A stretch of 42,150 nucleotides of DNA from Promethearchaeota archaeon (lineage in GTDB: Archaea; Asgardarchaeota; Lokiarchaeia; Sigyniarchaeales; SOKP01): positions 1-42,150 of the forward strand of contig JAHPZE010000034.1 in the NCBI GenBank assembly GCA_019058365.1, given 5' to 3'. The stretch's first letter is position 1. Every line of letters begins with the position of its first letter. Positions 1 to 11,008 of this stretch are shown here, one piece after another. The position numbers and the translations under genes were made by a program. The notes beneath the pieces were generated by a model, which was given only the letters and a program-made list of their open reading frames with translations, had not been told where the DNA came from and made no database searches.

Positions 1-119
1 AGGTCCTAATCTATTTTGTCGAGTGAGTGGGGTTTGACATTAAAGTTTTTTTTTAGATTTTTAACAATCAAATTATCTTCCTAGATAATTTTTATTTATT
101 AAGTTTAATTTGTATTTTT

Positions 120-950
120 ATGGCTCAAGATGATATTCCTTTTGAAGGAACTGTTCAAGAAACTATGCTTGGTCCTTTGTGGGCAAGAGCTAAATATAGT
201 CAGTTATATCCCGAATTATTAGATGATCAGAAGGCTATAGAAATTATTGAAAACATCAATTATGATTTTTCTAAAATACAAGAATATCTCGGAGAGTGGC
301 GTGGACTTGGACTTTTAGCTAGAGCTAAAAGTTTTGATATAGCAGTAAATGAATTTATTGAAAATTACCCATTCGCTACAATTATAAATATTGGTGCGGG
401 AATGGATACAACATTCTTCAGGGTAGATAATAACAAAATAATATGGTATGATTTAGATTTACCAGGTGCCATTAAATATCGTAAAAAATTATTACCTGAA
501 TCTGAAAGGAATATTTATATCCCAAAATCTGCTCTTGATTATTCGTGGTTTAAGGATATTAAATTTGAGCCTGAAAAGGGTGTTTTTTTCATTGCTGGAG
601 GTTTTGTATATTATTTTAAGGAAACCGAAATTTCATCTCTAATTATTGAAATGGCTAAAGAATTCCCCGGAGCAGAGATGATTTTTGATACAACCTCTAA
701 ATTAGCAAATAAAGTCATCAATAAGCGAGCTAAAAAGGCTGGTGAAAATGAAGTTCGAGTTCATTTTGGAGTTGGTAACCCAACAAAAGTATTTCCAAAA
801 TGGTCATCTAAAATTAAGGTGCATGATTGGCATACAATTTGGGAAAGAATTGAAATAAATTCTAATTGGAACGAGAAAACTATATCTGCAATTAAGATAT
901 CTGAGCGTGTAAAAGCGGCAAAAATCGTTAGATTAAAATTTATAAAGTAA
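120..950 (+). CDS. Class I SAM-dependent methyltransferase (leucine carboxyl methyltransferase / TcmP-like)
   Basis: N-terminal VQETMLGPLWARA, motif I INIGAGMDTTFFRVD and WYDLDLP are typical of this family. Confidence 0.85.
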   Translation: MAQDDIPFEGTVQETMLGPLWARAKYSQLYPELLDDQKAIEIIENINYDFSKIQEYLGEWRGLGLLARAKSFDIAVNEFIENYPFATIINIGAGMDTTFFRVDNNKIIWYDLDLPGAIKYRKKLLPESERNIYIPKSALDYSWFKDIKFEPEKGVFFIAGGFVYYFKETEISSLIIEMAKEFPGAEMIFDTTSKLANKVINKRAKKAGENEVRVHFGVGNPTKVFPKWSSKIKVHDWHTIWERIEINSNWNEKTISAIKISERVKAAKIVRLKFIK

Positions 951-971
951 ATTTCAATTAAAAAGTAATTA

Positions 972-1234
972 TCACACTTTGTTATTTTGAGGAAAGCCAC
1001 ATTTTAGGCATTTCTATTCAACAGGCATATCGATTTCTTCTTCATTCCCACATTCTAAACATACCCAATGAGCTTTTTCTTTTTCTGTAGAATGGATTAT
1101 AAAATCCTAAGGTTTTATAATTCTTCTTTTAAAATATGCTTAAGAACGACCACAGGAAACACATTTCCAATCATCTGGCAATCGTATGTACATGTACAAT
1201 TATCTTTTCTTTCTTCTTGATTACACTCAGTCAT
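972..1234 (-). pseudogene. Degraded Cys-rich / rubredoxin-like zinc-ribbon remnant
   Basis: Manual translation gives MTECNQEERKDNCTCTYDC, then after a frame change LPDDWKCVSCGRS*AYFKRR and WVCLECGNEEEIDMPVE*KCLKCGFP, with internal TAA and TAG. Confidence 0.5.
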
Positions 1235-1408
1235 GATTCCATTGAAAATGCTTATTTCTTTTTGTAACTTTTAATAGTCTAAATAAACCATAGCGTTTAA
1301 AAGTGGAATAAATACGAAGAAAATTCAATCATTCAATAATGCAAATTATTTTTTAGGAAAAATAAGATGAATAAAAATAAAATAAGAAAAAAATATTTGA
1401 AAAAACTC

Positions 1409-3838
1409 TTAAAAATTCTTTTTACTTCTCTTCCACTTCATTGTTATAATTGTAGCAACCCCAAATACTGCACCAAGGATAATAAAGATATCATAGCTAG
1501 GTATCATATCTTCTGCATAAGGTTCCCTTGCAGTCCAAATTAAATTATAGACATTTCCAGAAAAATCACCATAGATTCTTATATAATAAATTCCATCGGA
1601 CGGAAGATCATAGCTAATTACTTCATTATCTACCTGAGTTAAATTACTGGTTATTTTGGCATAATCCCCATCATAGATTTCAATACCTAATGCACCTTCT
1701 TGATAATCATACATAACTAGTACATGTAGATGTTCACGTCCAGTTTCAATTGCTATTTTGTACCAATCATTATCATATTGCAGACCTAATCCATGAATTC
1801 CCTGTAAAGCTCTATCTTCATAATTCGATAGATCATACGCAGTCGTAGGGTCATCATTTTCCTCATAATTATCATCGGGTCTGTTATCAGTTCTAAGATC
1901 ATCCCACCAAAGATCATATCTGATGCCAGAGTTATCTCCATAAACCTGAATGAAGTATATACCGGGATTTGGAAAAATATCTATATGCTCTCCATAAAAT
2001 ATTGGAGAGCTATCTGCAATATTATTACCCCATTCATTGTATATGGAAAACCAGATATCTCCAAAACCATAAGTTATTGAAAGATTGACCATCAAATGTT
2101 CAAAACCCGGTGAAACTTCAATTAAATACCAATCTTCATCTCCTTGAACCGCTAATCCATGAATATTTCTTAACCATTTATGTTCATAATCTCTTAGAAA
2201 ATATGCTTCATCCATCCAATTGTTATATTCATAGGGATCATCCCCGGATTGCATTCCATTCACCCATATATCTAAATAATAGATTACATCAACATTTGAA
2301 TCTCCAGAATTACGATAAACACGAATTCGCCATGCTCCTGATGCATCAACAGTAAAAGTAATATCTTCGTTACCTCCTCCATTATAAGATCCTATTTGGA
2401 GATGATTAGATGGATCATAAAGTTCCAAAAATAATACACCTTCCCAAGTATGGTAATAATTATGAATATCGATAGTATCACCAGAATTTAAATCTATTTT
2501 ATACCAATCCTCGTCGTAGTTTATAATTTTTAAATCAGGATAATATATAGGTTCAATCAACCGTGCGTGGCTGAAATCATCGTTTTCTATCCCAAAATCG
2601 TCTTTTTCTAACCAATCATCGTGAGAAAGATCCTCCCACCAGAAATCATAAATATTCCCTGTGTTATCGCCAGTAATTCGAATATAATATATTCCTCCTG
2701 CTGGTAATATATAATCAATATACTCACCATTTCTATCTGAATAACTATCTACAATCCAACTACTCCACTCATCGTAAATCTCAATATCGATATCTCCAAA
2801 TTTGTATCTGAATTTTAAATCCACTATTAATCGTTTTTCATCATTATTTACATTAATTTTATACCAATCATCATCCATTTGGATTCCAGATCCATTAATC
2901 GTGCTTAACCATGTTGCATCATATGAAGAAAGATCGTATGCTTCATAGTAATAGTCATTTTCTTCATAATTATCTTCTATTGGTCCAGTATCCCATCTTA
3001 GATCATAGGTATTACCCACATCATTCCCTCTGATTAGTATGTAATAAGTCCCAGAAGATGAAACAACCCAATTAATATACTCATTATGATCGCTTGACCA
3101 ACCTTCAGTTATCCTTATGGTCAGATTATGGTTCCAAATTTCAACCTCAAGATTATCGAAATAATTATCAAAAATCACCTCTACAAATAAACGTCTATTA
3201 ATCGGATCTATATTTATCTTATAATAATCGTAATCATATTGAATTCCGAGCCCATTTATGCTACTTAACCACTCTCCTCTATTAGAAGTAAGATCTGCAT
3301 ATATATCTGCTTGGGTATTATTATTGTTTGGTTCAAAATTATCATCATACGTAATACTACTATTAAGAGCATCCCATAACAATTCATAAGGCATTCCATT
3401 ATTATAACCATAAATGCAAAGATAGTAAGTTCCAGGAGTAGTAACAATATAATCAAGAAATTCACAATCAGTGTAATAATCTATACCATAAATATATGAA
3501 TAGTACTCATCATAAAGGTTAATACCTATATTGCCATCTGCAATGAAATAAATAATTTTAATTATTATACGTTCAAAGCCGGGAAATATATCAAATTTAA
3601 ACCAATCATCGTCTTCTTGAATTAAATTCAACCATTTTCGTTGTTCAGAATTTATATCTTTAGCAGACGAAAAATCATCATTCGGTTCGAATGGATCATC
3701 GGGTTGACTTGTTGAAATCTCATTTTTATCGACTGAATCCTTCTTAGATATATTTTTAACTAGTGGTATACCCGAAATCATAATAAGAAGTAAAAATAGT
3801 AAAAATATCCCCCGTTGATATATTTTATTAGATCTCAT
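1409..3838 (-). CDS. Cell-surface protein with about six PPC-like (pre-peptidase C-terminal) repeats and a Loki-CTERM-like anchor
   Basis: N-terminal signal/TM segment; repeats of about 120 aa with DD-x-(Y/F)E-x-ND, D-x-DWY and G-x-YY-x-x-I; C-terminal IPSY, TM helix and basic tail. Confidence 0.8.
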   Translation of the reverse strand: MRSNKIYQRGIFLLFLLLIMISGIPLVKNISKKDSVDKNEISTSQPDDPFEPNDDFSSAKDINSEQRKWLNLIQEDDDWFKFDIFPGFERIIIKIIYFIADGNIGINLYDEYYSYIYGIDYYTDCEFLDYIVTTPGTYYLCIYGYNNGMPYELLWDALNSSITYDDNFEPNNNNTQADIYADLTSNRGEWLSSINGLGIQYDYDYYKINIDPINRRLFVEVIFDNYFDNLEVEIWNHNLTIRITEGWSSDHNEYINWVVSSSGTYYILIRGNDVGNTYDLRWDTGPIEDNYEENDYYYEAYDLSSYDATWLSTINGSGIQMDDDWYKINVNNDEKRLIVDLKFRYKFGDIDIEIYDEWSSWIVDSYSDRNGEYIDYILPAGGIYYIRITGDNTGNIYDFWWEDLSHDDWLEKDDFGIENDDFSHARLIEPIYYPDLKIINYDEDWYKIDLNSGDTIDIHNYYHTWEGVLFLELYDPSNHLQIGSYNGGGNEDITFTVDASGAWRIRVYRNSGDSNVDVIYYLDIWVNGMQSGDDPYEYNNWMDEAYFLRDYEHKWLRNIHGLAVQGDEDWYLIEVSPGFEHLMVNLSITYGFGDIWFSIYNEWGNNIADSSPIFYGEHIDIFPNPGIYFIQVYGDNSGIRYDLWWDDLRTDNRPDDNYEENDDPTTAYDLSNYEDRALQGIHGLGLQYDNDWYKIAIETGREHLHVLVMYDYQEGALGIEIYDGDYAKITSNLTQVDNEVISYDLPSDGIYYIRIYGDFSGNVYNLIWTAREPYAEDMIPSYDIFIILGAVFGVATIITMKWKRSKKNF

Positions 3839-4035
3839 ACAATATTAACATAGATTCAAACTTATAAATTTTCACATATACGTAGTATGAATAGTTTGGA
3901 GTGACGTATTGTTTATCAAATCATTTACTAATGGAATAGATCGATTCCATTTTACTCTATTTTCATTTCATATAGAAAAAATTGATTTTAAAAACCAGTA
4001 AAGCAAGTTAAAAATTTTTTTTTTAAAAAAAGAGA

Positions 4036-4152
4036 TTATTCAACTAGGGTAAAAGTGCAATTACTATCATCACATCCGGGGCATCTAAAACCCTCGTCTG
4101 GGAAGTCATCTAATTCAAATTGATGACCACATTTGTCACATTTCCACAGCAT
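4036..4152 (-). CDS. 38-aa rubredoxin-like / zinc-ribbon microprotein (below the ORF-track cutoff)
   Basis: MLWKCDKCGHQFELDDFPDEGFRCPGCDDSNCTFTLVE*, with two CxxC knuckles and purine-rich AAGGGA just upstream of the ATG. Confidence 0.75.
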   Translation of the reverse strand: MLWKCDKCGHQFELDDFPDEGFRCPGCDDSNCTFTLVE

Positions 4153-4278
4153 TCATATCCCTTTTTAAATTAATTATCAAAAAGCCTATCTATTAAGATA
4201 AAAAGAATCTAAATTTAAAGTTTTGCGAAAAACTAAGCCTTGATTCATAAATTTATTATTTTTATATGCTCAATTAAC

Positions 4279-4809
4279 TTAAAAGAGTACAGAAATTACT
4301 TTTTTAAAAACAAATTCAGAATTTTGGCGATTTAAATTCATAAGGAGAACAGAAGGGATGGTTAAAAGATAATTTTTGAGCGGGTGTCTTAGATTTAAGC
4401 CTATAGTAGCTATAATTGCTATATTACTATTAAATATCTTCCTAATGAGGTCTTGAAATATCTCTGAAAAAAGTTCCATTTTCCCAATTTCATCAATCAC
4501 TACCAAATTAACTGTTTTTCCCTCTAAGTTTAGAGATTTTTCAAGGAGTCTATCAAACTGATCAATAAAGATATTATATTTACCTAATCTAAATTTAGTA
4601 TTGAAATTTCCCACTCTTGCTAAAGGAGATTTTTCTCCAGAATAAATATCAATAGCATCAAAACCAATTCGATTACCATGCTCCCTAACTTCTGGAGTTA
4701 GAAAGCCATAAACTGTAAATTTTTGCTTAGAAAAATATTCTATTAGTTTTAATATTAAAGTTGATTTACCACATTGAGGTGAACCGGTAATAAGTATTTT
4801 ACTACTCAT
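4279..4809 (-). CDS. Nucleoside-triphosphatase, THEP1/NTPase_1 family
   Basis: Walker A ITGSPQCGKST, GFLTPEVRE..RIGF, Walker B VVIDEIGKMEL. Confidence 0.9.
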   Translation of the reverse strand: MSSKILITGSPQCGKSTLILKLIEYFSKQKFTVYGFLTPEVREHGNRIGFDAIDIYSGEKSPLARVGNFNTKFRLGKYNIFIDQFDRLLEKSLNLEGKTVNLVVIDEIGKMELFSEIFQDLIRKIFNSNIAIIATIGLNLRHPLKNYLLTIPSVLLMNLNRQNSEFVFKKVISVLF

Positions 4810-4905
4810 TTAATTTATAAATTAAAACTTTAATTATAGTAAGAATTTAGATGAAATTATAAAATAATTAATTAATTGTTAAAAAATGCAAATGGAGATG
4901 AAAAT

Positions 4906-5853
4906 ATGAAAACTTCTACATTTAATTTTACAGATCAAGATGGTATTAAAATTTTCGTGTATAAATGGGAACCAGATACAGAACCTAAGGCAATAGTCCA
5001 GATCCTTCATGGATTAGCAGAACATGCTAAAAGATATACTCGAGTTGCAGAAGCTCTGTGTAAAGCAGGATACATTTGTTATGCAAATGATCAGCGTGGA
5101 CATGGATTAACCGCGGGTGATTTAACAGAAGCAACTTTAAAAGGGAATGCTGGTGTTCTAGGACCAAATGGTTGGAGAGGTGTAGTAAATGATGTTCATG
5201 AATTATCAAATATTGTAAAGAAAGAAAATCCAAAACTTCCATTATTCTTAATAGGACATTCTTGGGGTGCTATGATTGCACAAGATTACATTCAAGAATG
5301 GGGAAATGAAATTAAAGGATGTATTCTAAGTGGTACTAACGGGAAAGTAAGAACTTTAGTAGTTAAGGCTGGAAAGTTAATTATTAAGGGAGAAATGAAG
5401 AAACTTGGTGCTACGGAGCCTAGTCAAAAATTGCATGATATGAATTTTAAATCTAACAATCATGATTGGCAAAATGAAGAAGGAACTACAGGATTTGAAT
5501 GGCTCAGTAGAGATAAAAATGAAGTTCAAAAGTATGTTGATGATCCATGGTGTGGCTTTGTTAGTCCTGCCAGTCTTTGGTTAGAATTTCTATATGGATT
5601 CGAAAAAATGTATAATGCAAAAAATGAGCAAAAAGTACCAAAAGATTTACCAGTATTTTTTATATCTGGTTCTGAATGTCCTATCGGGAATAAGACTAAA
5701 TACGTGCAAGGCATGATTGATCGCTATAAAAAATATGGTATTAAGGATGTGACCTATAAATTTTATCAAGGTGCCCGGCATGAAATATTCAATGAAATAA
5801 ATCGTGAAGAAGTCTTTCAAGATGTAATAAACTGGCTGAACTCTCACCTATAG
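4906..5853 (+). CDS. Alpha/beta hydrolase (lysophospholipase / monoglyceride lipase-like)
   Basis: HGLAEH, DQRGHG, nucleophile elbow GHSWG and catalytic His in GARHEIFNE; ATG at 4906 is preferred over TTG at 4876. Confidence 0.9.
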   Translation: MKTSTFNFTDQDGIKIFVYKWEPDTEPKAIVQILHGLAEHAKRYTRVAEALCKAGYICYANDQRGHGLTAGDLTEATLKGNAGVLGPNGWRGVVNDVHELSNIVKKENPKLPLFLIGHSWGAMIAQDYIQEWGNEIKGCILSGTNGKVRTLVVKAGKLIIKGEMKKLGATEPSQKLHDMNFKSNNHDWQNEEGTTGFEWLSRDKNEVQKYVDDPWCGFVSPASLWLEFLYGFEKMYNAKNEQKVPKDLPVFFISGSECPIGNKTKYVQGMIDRYKKYGIKDVTYKFYQGARHEIFNEINREEVFQDVINWLNSHL

Positions 5854-5890
5854 TAGTTGAAAACAATAATAAAATCTTTTTTTTAGTCCT

Positions 5891-7024
5891 TTATTTATCT
5901 AATTCTCTGAATTTTTGTAATAGTTCCTTTTGTTTATCCGAAATCTTTCTAGGGATTTCAATATTTACTATAACATATTGATCTCCTCGACCTCTTCCTC
6001 GTATATATGACACTCCTCGATTTTTTATGCGAAACTCTGTTCCTGGTTGTGTTCCAGGAGGAATTGTCAATTCTTTTTCTGTTAACTTCTTTTCTTTATA
6101 ATCTAAGGTAGGAACGTTCATTTTCCCTCCAATTATAGCAGTTACAATATCCACGTTTACAGGAGTATAAAGATCATTTCCTCTTCGAATGAATTTTTCA
6201 TCACCAGTTATTCTGATTCCTAAATAAAGATCTCCAGGTATAGCGTTAACAGATGGGACATGTCCCGCCCCTTGAACCTTTAAGTGAACTCCATTTTCAA
6301 CACCTTCTGGAATTGAGACATGAATTGTTTTCATTTCGGTGACTACTTTTTTTCCTCCACAGACTTTACATTTTTTCTCAATTATTTTTCCTGTGCCATT
6401 ACAAGTATAGCATTCTGATTCTCGAATAATAGTACCAAAACCAGATTGTGACATTTTCCTTATTCGTCCCGTTCCTTGGCACTCTGGGCAATTTTTTATA
6501 CTAGAGGGATCCTCTGCTCCAGTTCCTTCGCATTCATCGCAGGGTGTATATCTTTCTATAGAAATATCTTTTTTTACACCAAACATTGCTTCCTCAAATG
6601 TTATCTCTATATAATCTTCTAAATCTTGTCCTACTTCTCTACGTGGAGCACTTCTTCCTCTTGTTCTTGAACCAAAACCCCCAAATCCAAAATCATCAAA
6701 TCCACCAAATGAACCAAAACCACCAAAAATACTTTTTAATAATTCATCGATTCCCGGAATACCACCGCTGAAAATATCACTCATATCAACATGTACTCCG
6801 CTAAAACCAAACCTATCGTAATTTTGTCTTTTATTTTCATCACTTAAAACTTCATAGGCTTCTTGAAGTTCAATAAACTTCTCTTTTGCTTTTGGGTCTG
6901 TCTTGTTTAAATCTGGATGAAGCTTTCTAGCTAAACGACGATAAGCAAGTTTAATATCGTTTAAACTCGCATCTTTACTTACGCCAAGAACTTCATAGTA
7001 ATCTCTTTTATTACCGGAACTCAT
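5891..7024 (-). CDS. dnaJ: Chaperone DnaJ
   Basis: J-domain with HPD, G/F-rich region, four CxxCxGxG-type repeats (the last degenerate) and C-terminal domain. Confidence 0.97.
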   Translation of the reverse strand: MSSGNKRDYYEVLGVSKDASLNDIKLAYRRLARKLHPDLNKTDPKAKEKFIELQEAYEVLSDENKRQNYDRFGFSGVHVDMSDIFSGGIPGIDELLKSIFGGFGSFGGFDDFGFGGFGSRTRGRSAPRREVGQDLEDYIEITFEEAMFGVKKDISIERYTPCDECEGTGAEDPSSIKNCPECQGTGRIRKMSQSGFGTIIRESECYTCNGTGKIIEKKCKVCGGKKVVTEMKTIHVSIPEGVENGVHLKVQGAGHVPSVNAIPGDLYLGIRITGDEKFIRRGNDLYTPVNVDIVTAIIGGKMNVPTLDYKEKKLTEKELTIPPGTQPGTEFRIKNRGVSYIRGRGRGDQYVIVNIEIPRKISDKQKELLQKFRELDK

Positions 7025-7244
7025 AATTTCTAAGATTCTTATTATTATTGAATAAGTTCAATATTCATGTGACTAAAATTATTTATGAAATTTAATTTTT
7101 TAGATAATAGGCTATTAAATAGATTAATTGTGGAATTCTTTATAAACTAAAAGGGAACTAACACTTATAGAAAATTATATAATATCATAAAATAAAAGTA
7201 TTATAAATTTTTTATTATCTTAAATTTCATTAACGGTAATTATT

Positions 7245-7766
7245 ATGAATAAAATTGTCGTCATAATTGGAGGACTTATTGGAATATTTGCTGCTATTCT
7301 ATGGTTATTCGAACCTTCACTTGGTTGGTGGGAGGTAACTGTTGAAAATTATTTGGGAATATTTAATGGCGCTGGATATATTAGCCCATTTGGATTCTCA
7401 AGTAATACTGGAAATAGTAATATAGAGTTTTATGGACCTTTACTTATAATTGGAGGGATTATATTTTTATTATCTTCTTTGTGTGCTGTAATTTCTGCAA
7501 TCAAAGAAAAAAGGAGTTATTCTATCTTATTTGACCTTCTTATGATTGGTGGGTTAGGACTATTTTGCTATGGGCTTGCGGTAATTGAAGATTTTGAAAA
7601 CATTTTAGAAGGACTAAATTTCTTGACTGGAACGAATTATACAGTGTTTTTTGGCAGTGAAAATCTAGGTGCTCTAGGAGTTTGGGCTTGGAGACTGGGT
7701 AATGGCTTTTTTATTGCAATTGGAGCATTTATTGTCACTTTGATTGGTTCACTTCTGAAAAAGTAG
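7245..7766 (+). CDS. Hypothetical membrane protein (about 4 TM)
   Basis: Four hydrophobic segments in a 173-aa ORF. Confidence 0.7.
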   Translation: MNKIVVIIGGLIGIFAAILWLFEPSLGWWEVTVENYLGIFNGAGYISPFGFSSNTGNSNIEFYGPLLIIGGIIFLLSSLCAVISAIKEKRSYSILFDLLMIGGLGLFCYGLAVIEDFENILEGLNFLTGTNYTVFFGSENLGALGVWAWRLGNGFFIAIGAFIVTLIGSLLKK

Positions 7767-8126
7767 CGCTCGTTATTTTATAACTTCATAATTTTATTAT
7801 ATAATAATTAATATCCCAATCAAGCTCCTAAGTATAATTATAAGCCATAAAACAATTTTTAAATCTATAAATCATTGACAATATGCTAAATTTCCTTATT
7901 TATTATTGGAAAGGTTATTGATACATATTGAAAATAATTATAAAAAATTTAATTTTTTAGGTATTCAGAAATAGATAAACAATATTTTCATATAAAGAGC
8001 TCATTTAGATCCTTAATATCAAAATAATCCAAGTTCATATATTCCTTTGATAAATTTGTATAAATTTATAAATTAAAAATTACTGTATTTAGTATTAGAA
8101 AATCTATCAAATATCCAAGTAGTCAT

Positions 8127-9398
8127 TTGAATTTGAAGTTTAAAATTAAAGTAATACTTTTAATGATTTTTGGAATTAATTTTATTTTATTACCACTAAT
8201 TTACTATAATATCAATATTGATGGAGAAACTATTTATAACGTCAATTCAACAAACAAATTCTTAAAAACATCAGAGTCATCTGGAAAAATCTTTATAAAT
8301 GGTACATCAGATTGGGTTGATTTCAAAAATGCCGGCAACTGCTCTGGCGAGGGTACCTATTCGGATCCTTATGTTATCAAAGATTTAGTAATTGATGCTG
8401 GGAATATAGGAAGCTGTATACGTATTGAAAATTCTGAAGCATACATCCGAATCGAAAATTGTACCCTATATAATTCAGGGAAAAACATTTTTAATTATAA
8501 TGCGGGAATAAGATTGCTTAATGTTAGTAATGGTTATTTGATAAAAAATAATTGCTCAAAAAATTTTTGTGGAATTTTTATTTTTGGGGATAATAATTCT
8601 ATATTCCAAAATAGTATAATTAATAATCAGATTGGGATTTATGGAGAAGGAAAAAATACTATTTCAAAAAACAATATTACTAACAATTTATTGGGTATTA
8701 GTGCAACACACTATTTGAACATTTCATTAAACTATGTGGATTATAATGAGCAAGGTGGGATAAGGATATATTATGGATTTAATAATACAATCTCTTATAA
8801 TTCGATAACCAATAACAATGGAATAGGTATATACTTAAACGAAGCTCATTATAATACTATTTCTCATAATAATTGTAGCAATAATAAAGGTAATGGGATT
8901 CATTTAGAGGATAGTGATTACAATAGTATGATCGAAAATATAGTACATTATAATTTATGTGGTATAATGCTCAATATCATACAAGACAATTATATAATCA
9001 ATAACAGCATAAATAACAATAAAAATGGAGGGATAGAGTTATATTCCAGTAGCAATATTCAAATTTCAAATAACCAAATTAACGAAAATTACTACGGGAT
9101 TAAGATAGTAGAATCTATATTAAATAATGTCTTTCAAAACACCATAAATTATAATTATTATGGAATATCCCTCTTTAATTCTTCGTATGGAAATATAATT
9201 ACTTACAATATTCTGCATTATAATAGAAAATGTTTTACAGAAACCGACGATTGTAAAGGCTATAATATCTATGAGAATAATGATTGTATCGAAATTAAAG
9301 ATAACAACATTCTTATTTGGATTATTCCACTTACAGTAATTATAATTTTTTCTGTTCTAGTTATAATTATTCTTCTCTTACGTCATAAAAGAACTTAA
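8127..9398 (+). CDS. Membrane-anchored right-handed parallel beta-helix (NosD/CASH-like) protein, copy 1
   Basis: N- and C-terminal TM helices, GTYSDPYVIKDLVID motif, repeated N-x-I-x-x-N-x-x-GI units. Confidence 0.85.
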   Translation: MNLKFKIKVILLMIFGINFILLPLIYYNINIDGETIYNVNSTNKFLKTSESSGKIFINGTSDWVDFKNAGNCSGEGTYSDPYVIKDLVIDAGNIGSCIRIENSEAYIRIENCTLYNSGKNIFNYNAGIRLLNVSNGYLIKNNCSKNFCGIFIFGDNNSIFQNSIINNQIGIYGEGKNTISKNNITNNLLGISATHYLNISLNYVDYNEQGGIRIYYGFNNTISYNSITNNNGIGIYLNEAHYNTISHNNCSNNKGNGIHLEDSDYNSMIENIVHYNLCGIMLNIIQDNYIINNSINNNKNGGIELYSSSNIQISNNQINENYYGIKIVESILNNVFQNTINYNYYGISLFNSSYGNIITYNILHYNRKCFTETDDCKGYNIYENNDCIEIKDNNILIWIIPLTVIIIFSVLVIIILLLRHKRT

Positions 9399-9721
9399 TT
9401 TCAGAATAATTTCTATCTATATATTTTTTTTAATATAAAATAGATTAAAGACAAGCAATCTTTCTTAGAGGTTATGATTCTATAGTTTCTTAGTATTATG
9501 AAATATGTTTAGAACTCAAGTAATTAAAATTGTTTCTAAAATTTAATTTTTTAGGTATCCGGAAATAGATAAATAATATTTTCATAATGAGAGCTCATTT
9601 AGTCCCTTAATATCAAAATTATCTAATTTTATATATTCCCATGATAAATTTGTATAAATTTATAAACTCAAAACTACTAAGTATAACATTAAAAGTCCAT
9701 CAAATGCCTAAAGTAAATCAT

Positions 9722-11008
9722 TTGAATTTGAAGATTAAAGCTAAAGTAATAATTTTAATGATTATTGGATTCAATTTTATTTTATTACCACTAATTTACT
9801 CTAATATCAATATTGATGGAGAAGCTATTTATAAAGTCAATTCAACAAACAAATTCTTAAAAACATCAGAGTCATCTGGAAAAATCTTTATAAATGGTAC
9901 ATCAGATTGGGTTGATTTCAAAAATGCCGGCAACTGCTCTGGCGAGGGTACCTATTCGGATCCTTATGTTATCAAAGATTTAGTAATTGATGCCGGGAAT
10001 ATAGGAAGCTGTATACGTATTGAAAATTCTGAAGCATACTTCCGAATCGAAAATTGTACCCTATATAATTCAGGGGAAGATTTTTATAATTATGACGCGG
10101 GAATAAGATTGTTTAATGTTAGTAATAGCTGTTTGATAAAAAATAATTGCTCAAAAAATTTATGTGGAATTGTTAACGATGGGTATTATAACGTTGAATA
10201 TAATAACTTTATACTAAAAAATAGCATAGTTAATAATCAAATCGGGATTTTTGGAACGGGAGAATGTATAATTTCAAAAAACAATATTACTAACAATCTA
10301 TGTGGTATTTTTGGAATAGAAGATTTGAAAATTTCATTAAATAACGTGAATTATAATAAGGGATGGGGGATATGGCTCTCTTGGGGTCTTTATAATTCAG
10401 TAACTTATAATTCAGTAAAATATAATGATGGTATAGGTATATTCTTAGATGAAGCTATTTATAATACTATCTCTCATAATAATTGTAGCAATAATAAAGG
10501 TAATGGGATTCATTTAGAGGATAGTAATTACAATAGCATGATCGAAAATATAGTAAATGATAATTTATGTGGTATCATGCTCAATATCACACAACAAAAT
10601 TATATAATCAATAACAGCATAAATAACAATAAAAATGGAGGGTTAGAGTTATATTTCAGTAGACAAATTCAAATTTCAAATAACCAAATTAACGAAAATT
10701 ATTATGGGATTAAAATTGTAGAATCGATATTAAATGATATCTTTCAAAACACCATAAATTATAATTATTATGGAATATCCGTCTTTAATTCTTCGTATGG
10801 AAATAAAATTACTGACAATATTCTTCATTATAATAGAAAATGTTATACAGAAACAGATGATTGTAAAGGCGATAATATCTATGAGAATAATGATTGTATC
10901 GAAATTAAAGATAACAACATTCTTATTTGGATTATTCCACTTACAGTAATTATAATTTTTTCTGTTCTAATTATAATTATTCTTCTCTTACGTCATAAAA
11001 GAACTTAA
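9722..11008 (+). CDS. Membrane-anchored right-handed parallel beta-helix (NosD/CASH-like) protein, copy 2
   Basis: Paralog of 8127..9398; the equivalent TTG start is at 9722 (the ORF track extends it to 9641). Confidence 0.85.
   Translation: MNLKIKAKVIILMIIGFNFILLPLIYSNINIDGEAIYKVNSTNKFLKTSESSGKIFINGTSDWVDFKNAGNCSGEGTYSDPYVIKDLVIDAGNIGSCIRIENSEAYFRIENCTLYNSGEDFYNYDAGIRLFNVSNSCLIKNNCSKNLCGIVNDGYYNVEYNNFILKNSIVNNQIGIFGTGECIISKNNITNNLCGIFGIEDLKISLNNVNYNKGWGIWLSWGLYNSVTYNSVKYNDGIGIFLDEAIYNTISHNNCSNNKGNGIHLEDSNYNSMIENIVNDNLCGIMLNITQQNYIINNSINNNKNGGLELYFSRQIQISNNQINENYYGIKIVESILNDIFQNTINYNYYGISVFNSSYGNKITDNILHYNRKCYTETDDCKGDNIYENNDCIEIKDNNILIWIIPLTVIIIFSVLIIIILLLRHKRT

Noticed and set aside
1-40. 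ATG on the minus strand at the window edge (MSNPTHSTK*)
   Set aside because: It stops after 9 codons and the context lies outside the window.
972-1140. Pyrrolysine or selenocysteine recoding of in-frame stops
   Set aside because: The stops are a mix of TAA and TAG together with a frame break, which fits decay.
8127-11008. Diversity-generating retroelement TR/VR pair
   Set aside because: Both copies are full genes, the differences are not adenine-restricted and include an indel, and no reverse transcriptase is in the window.
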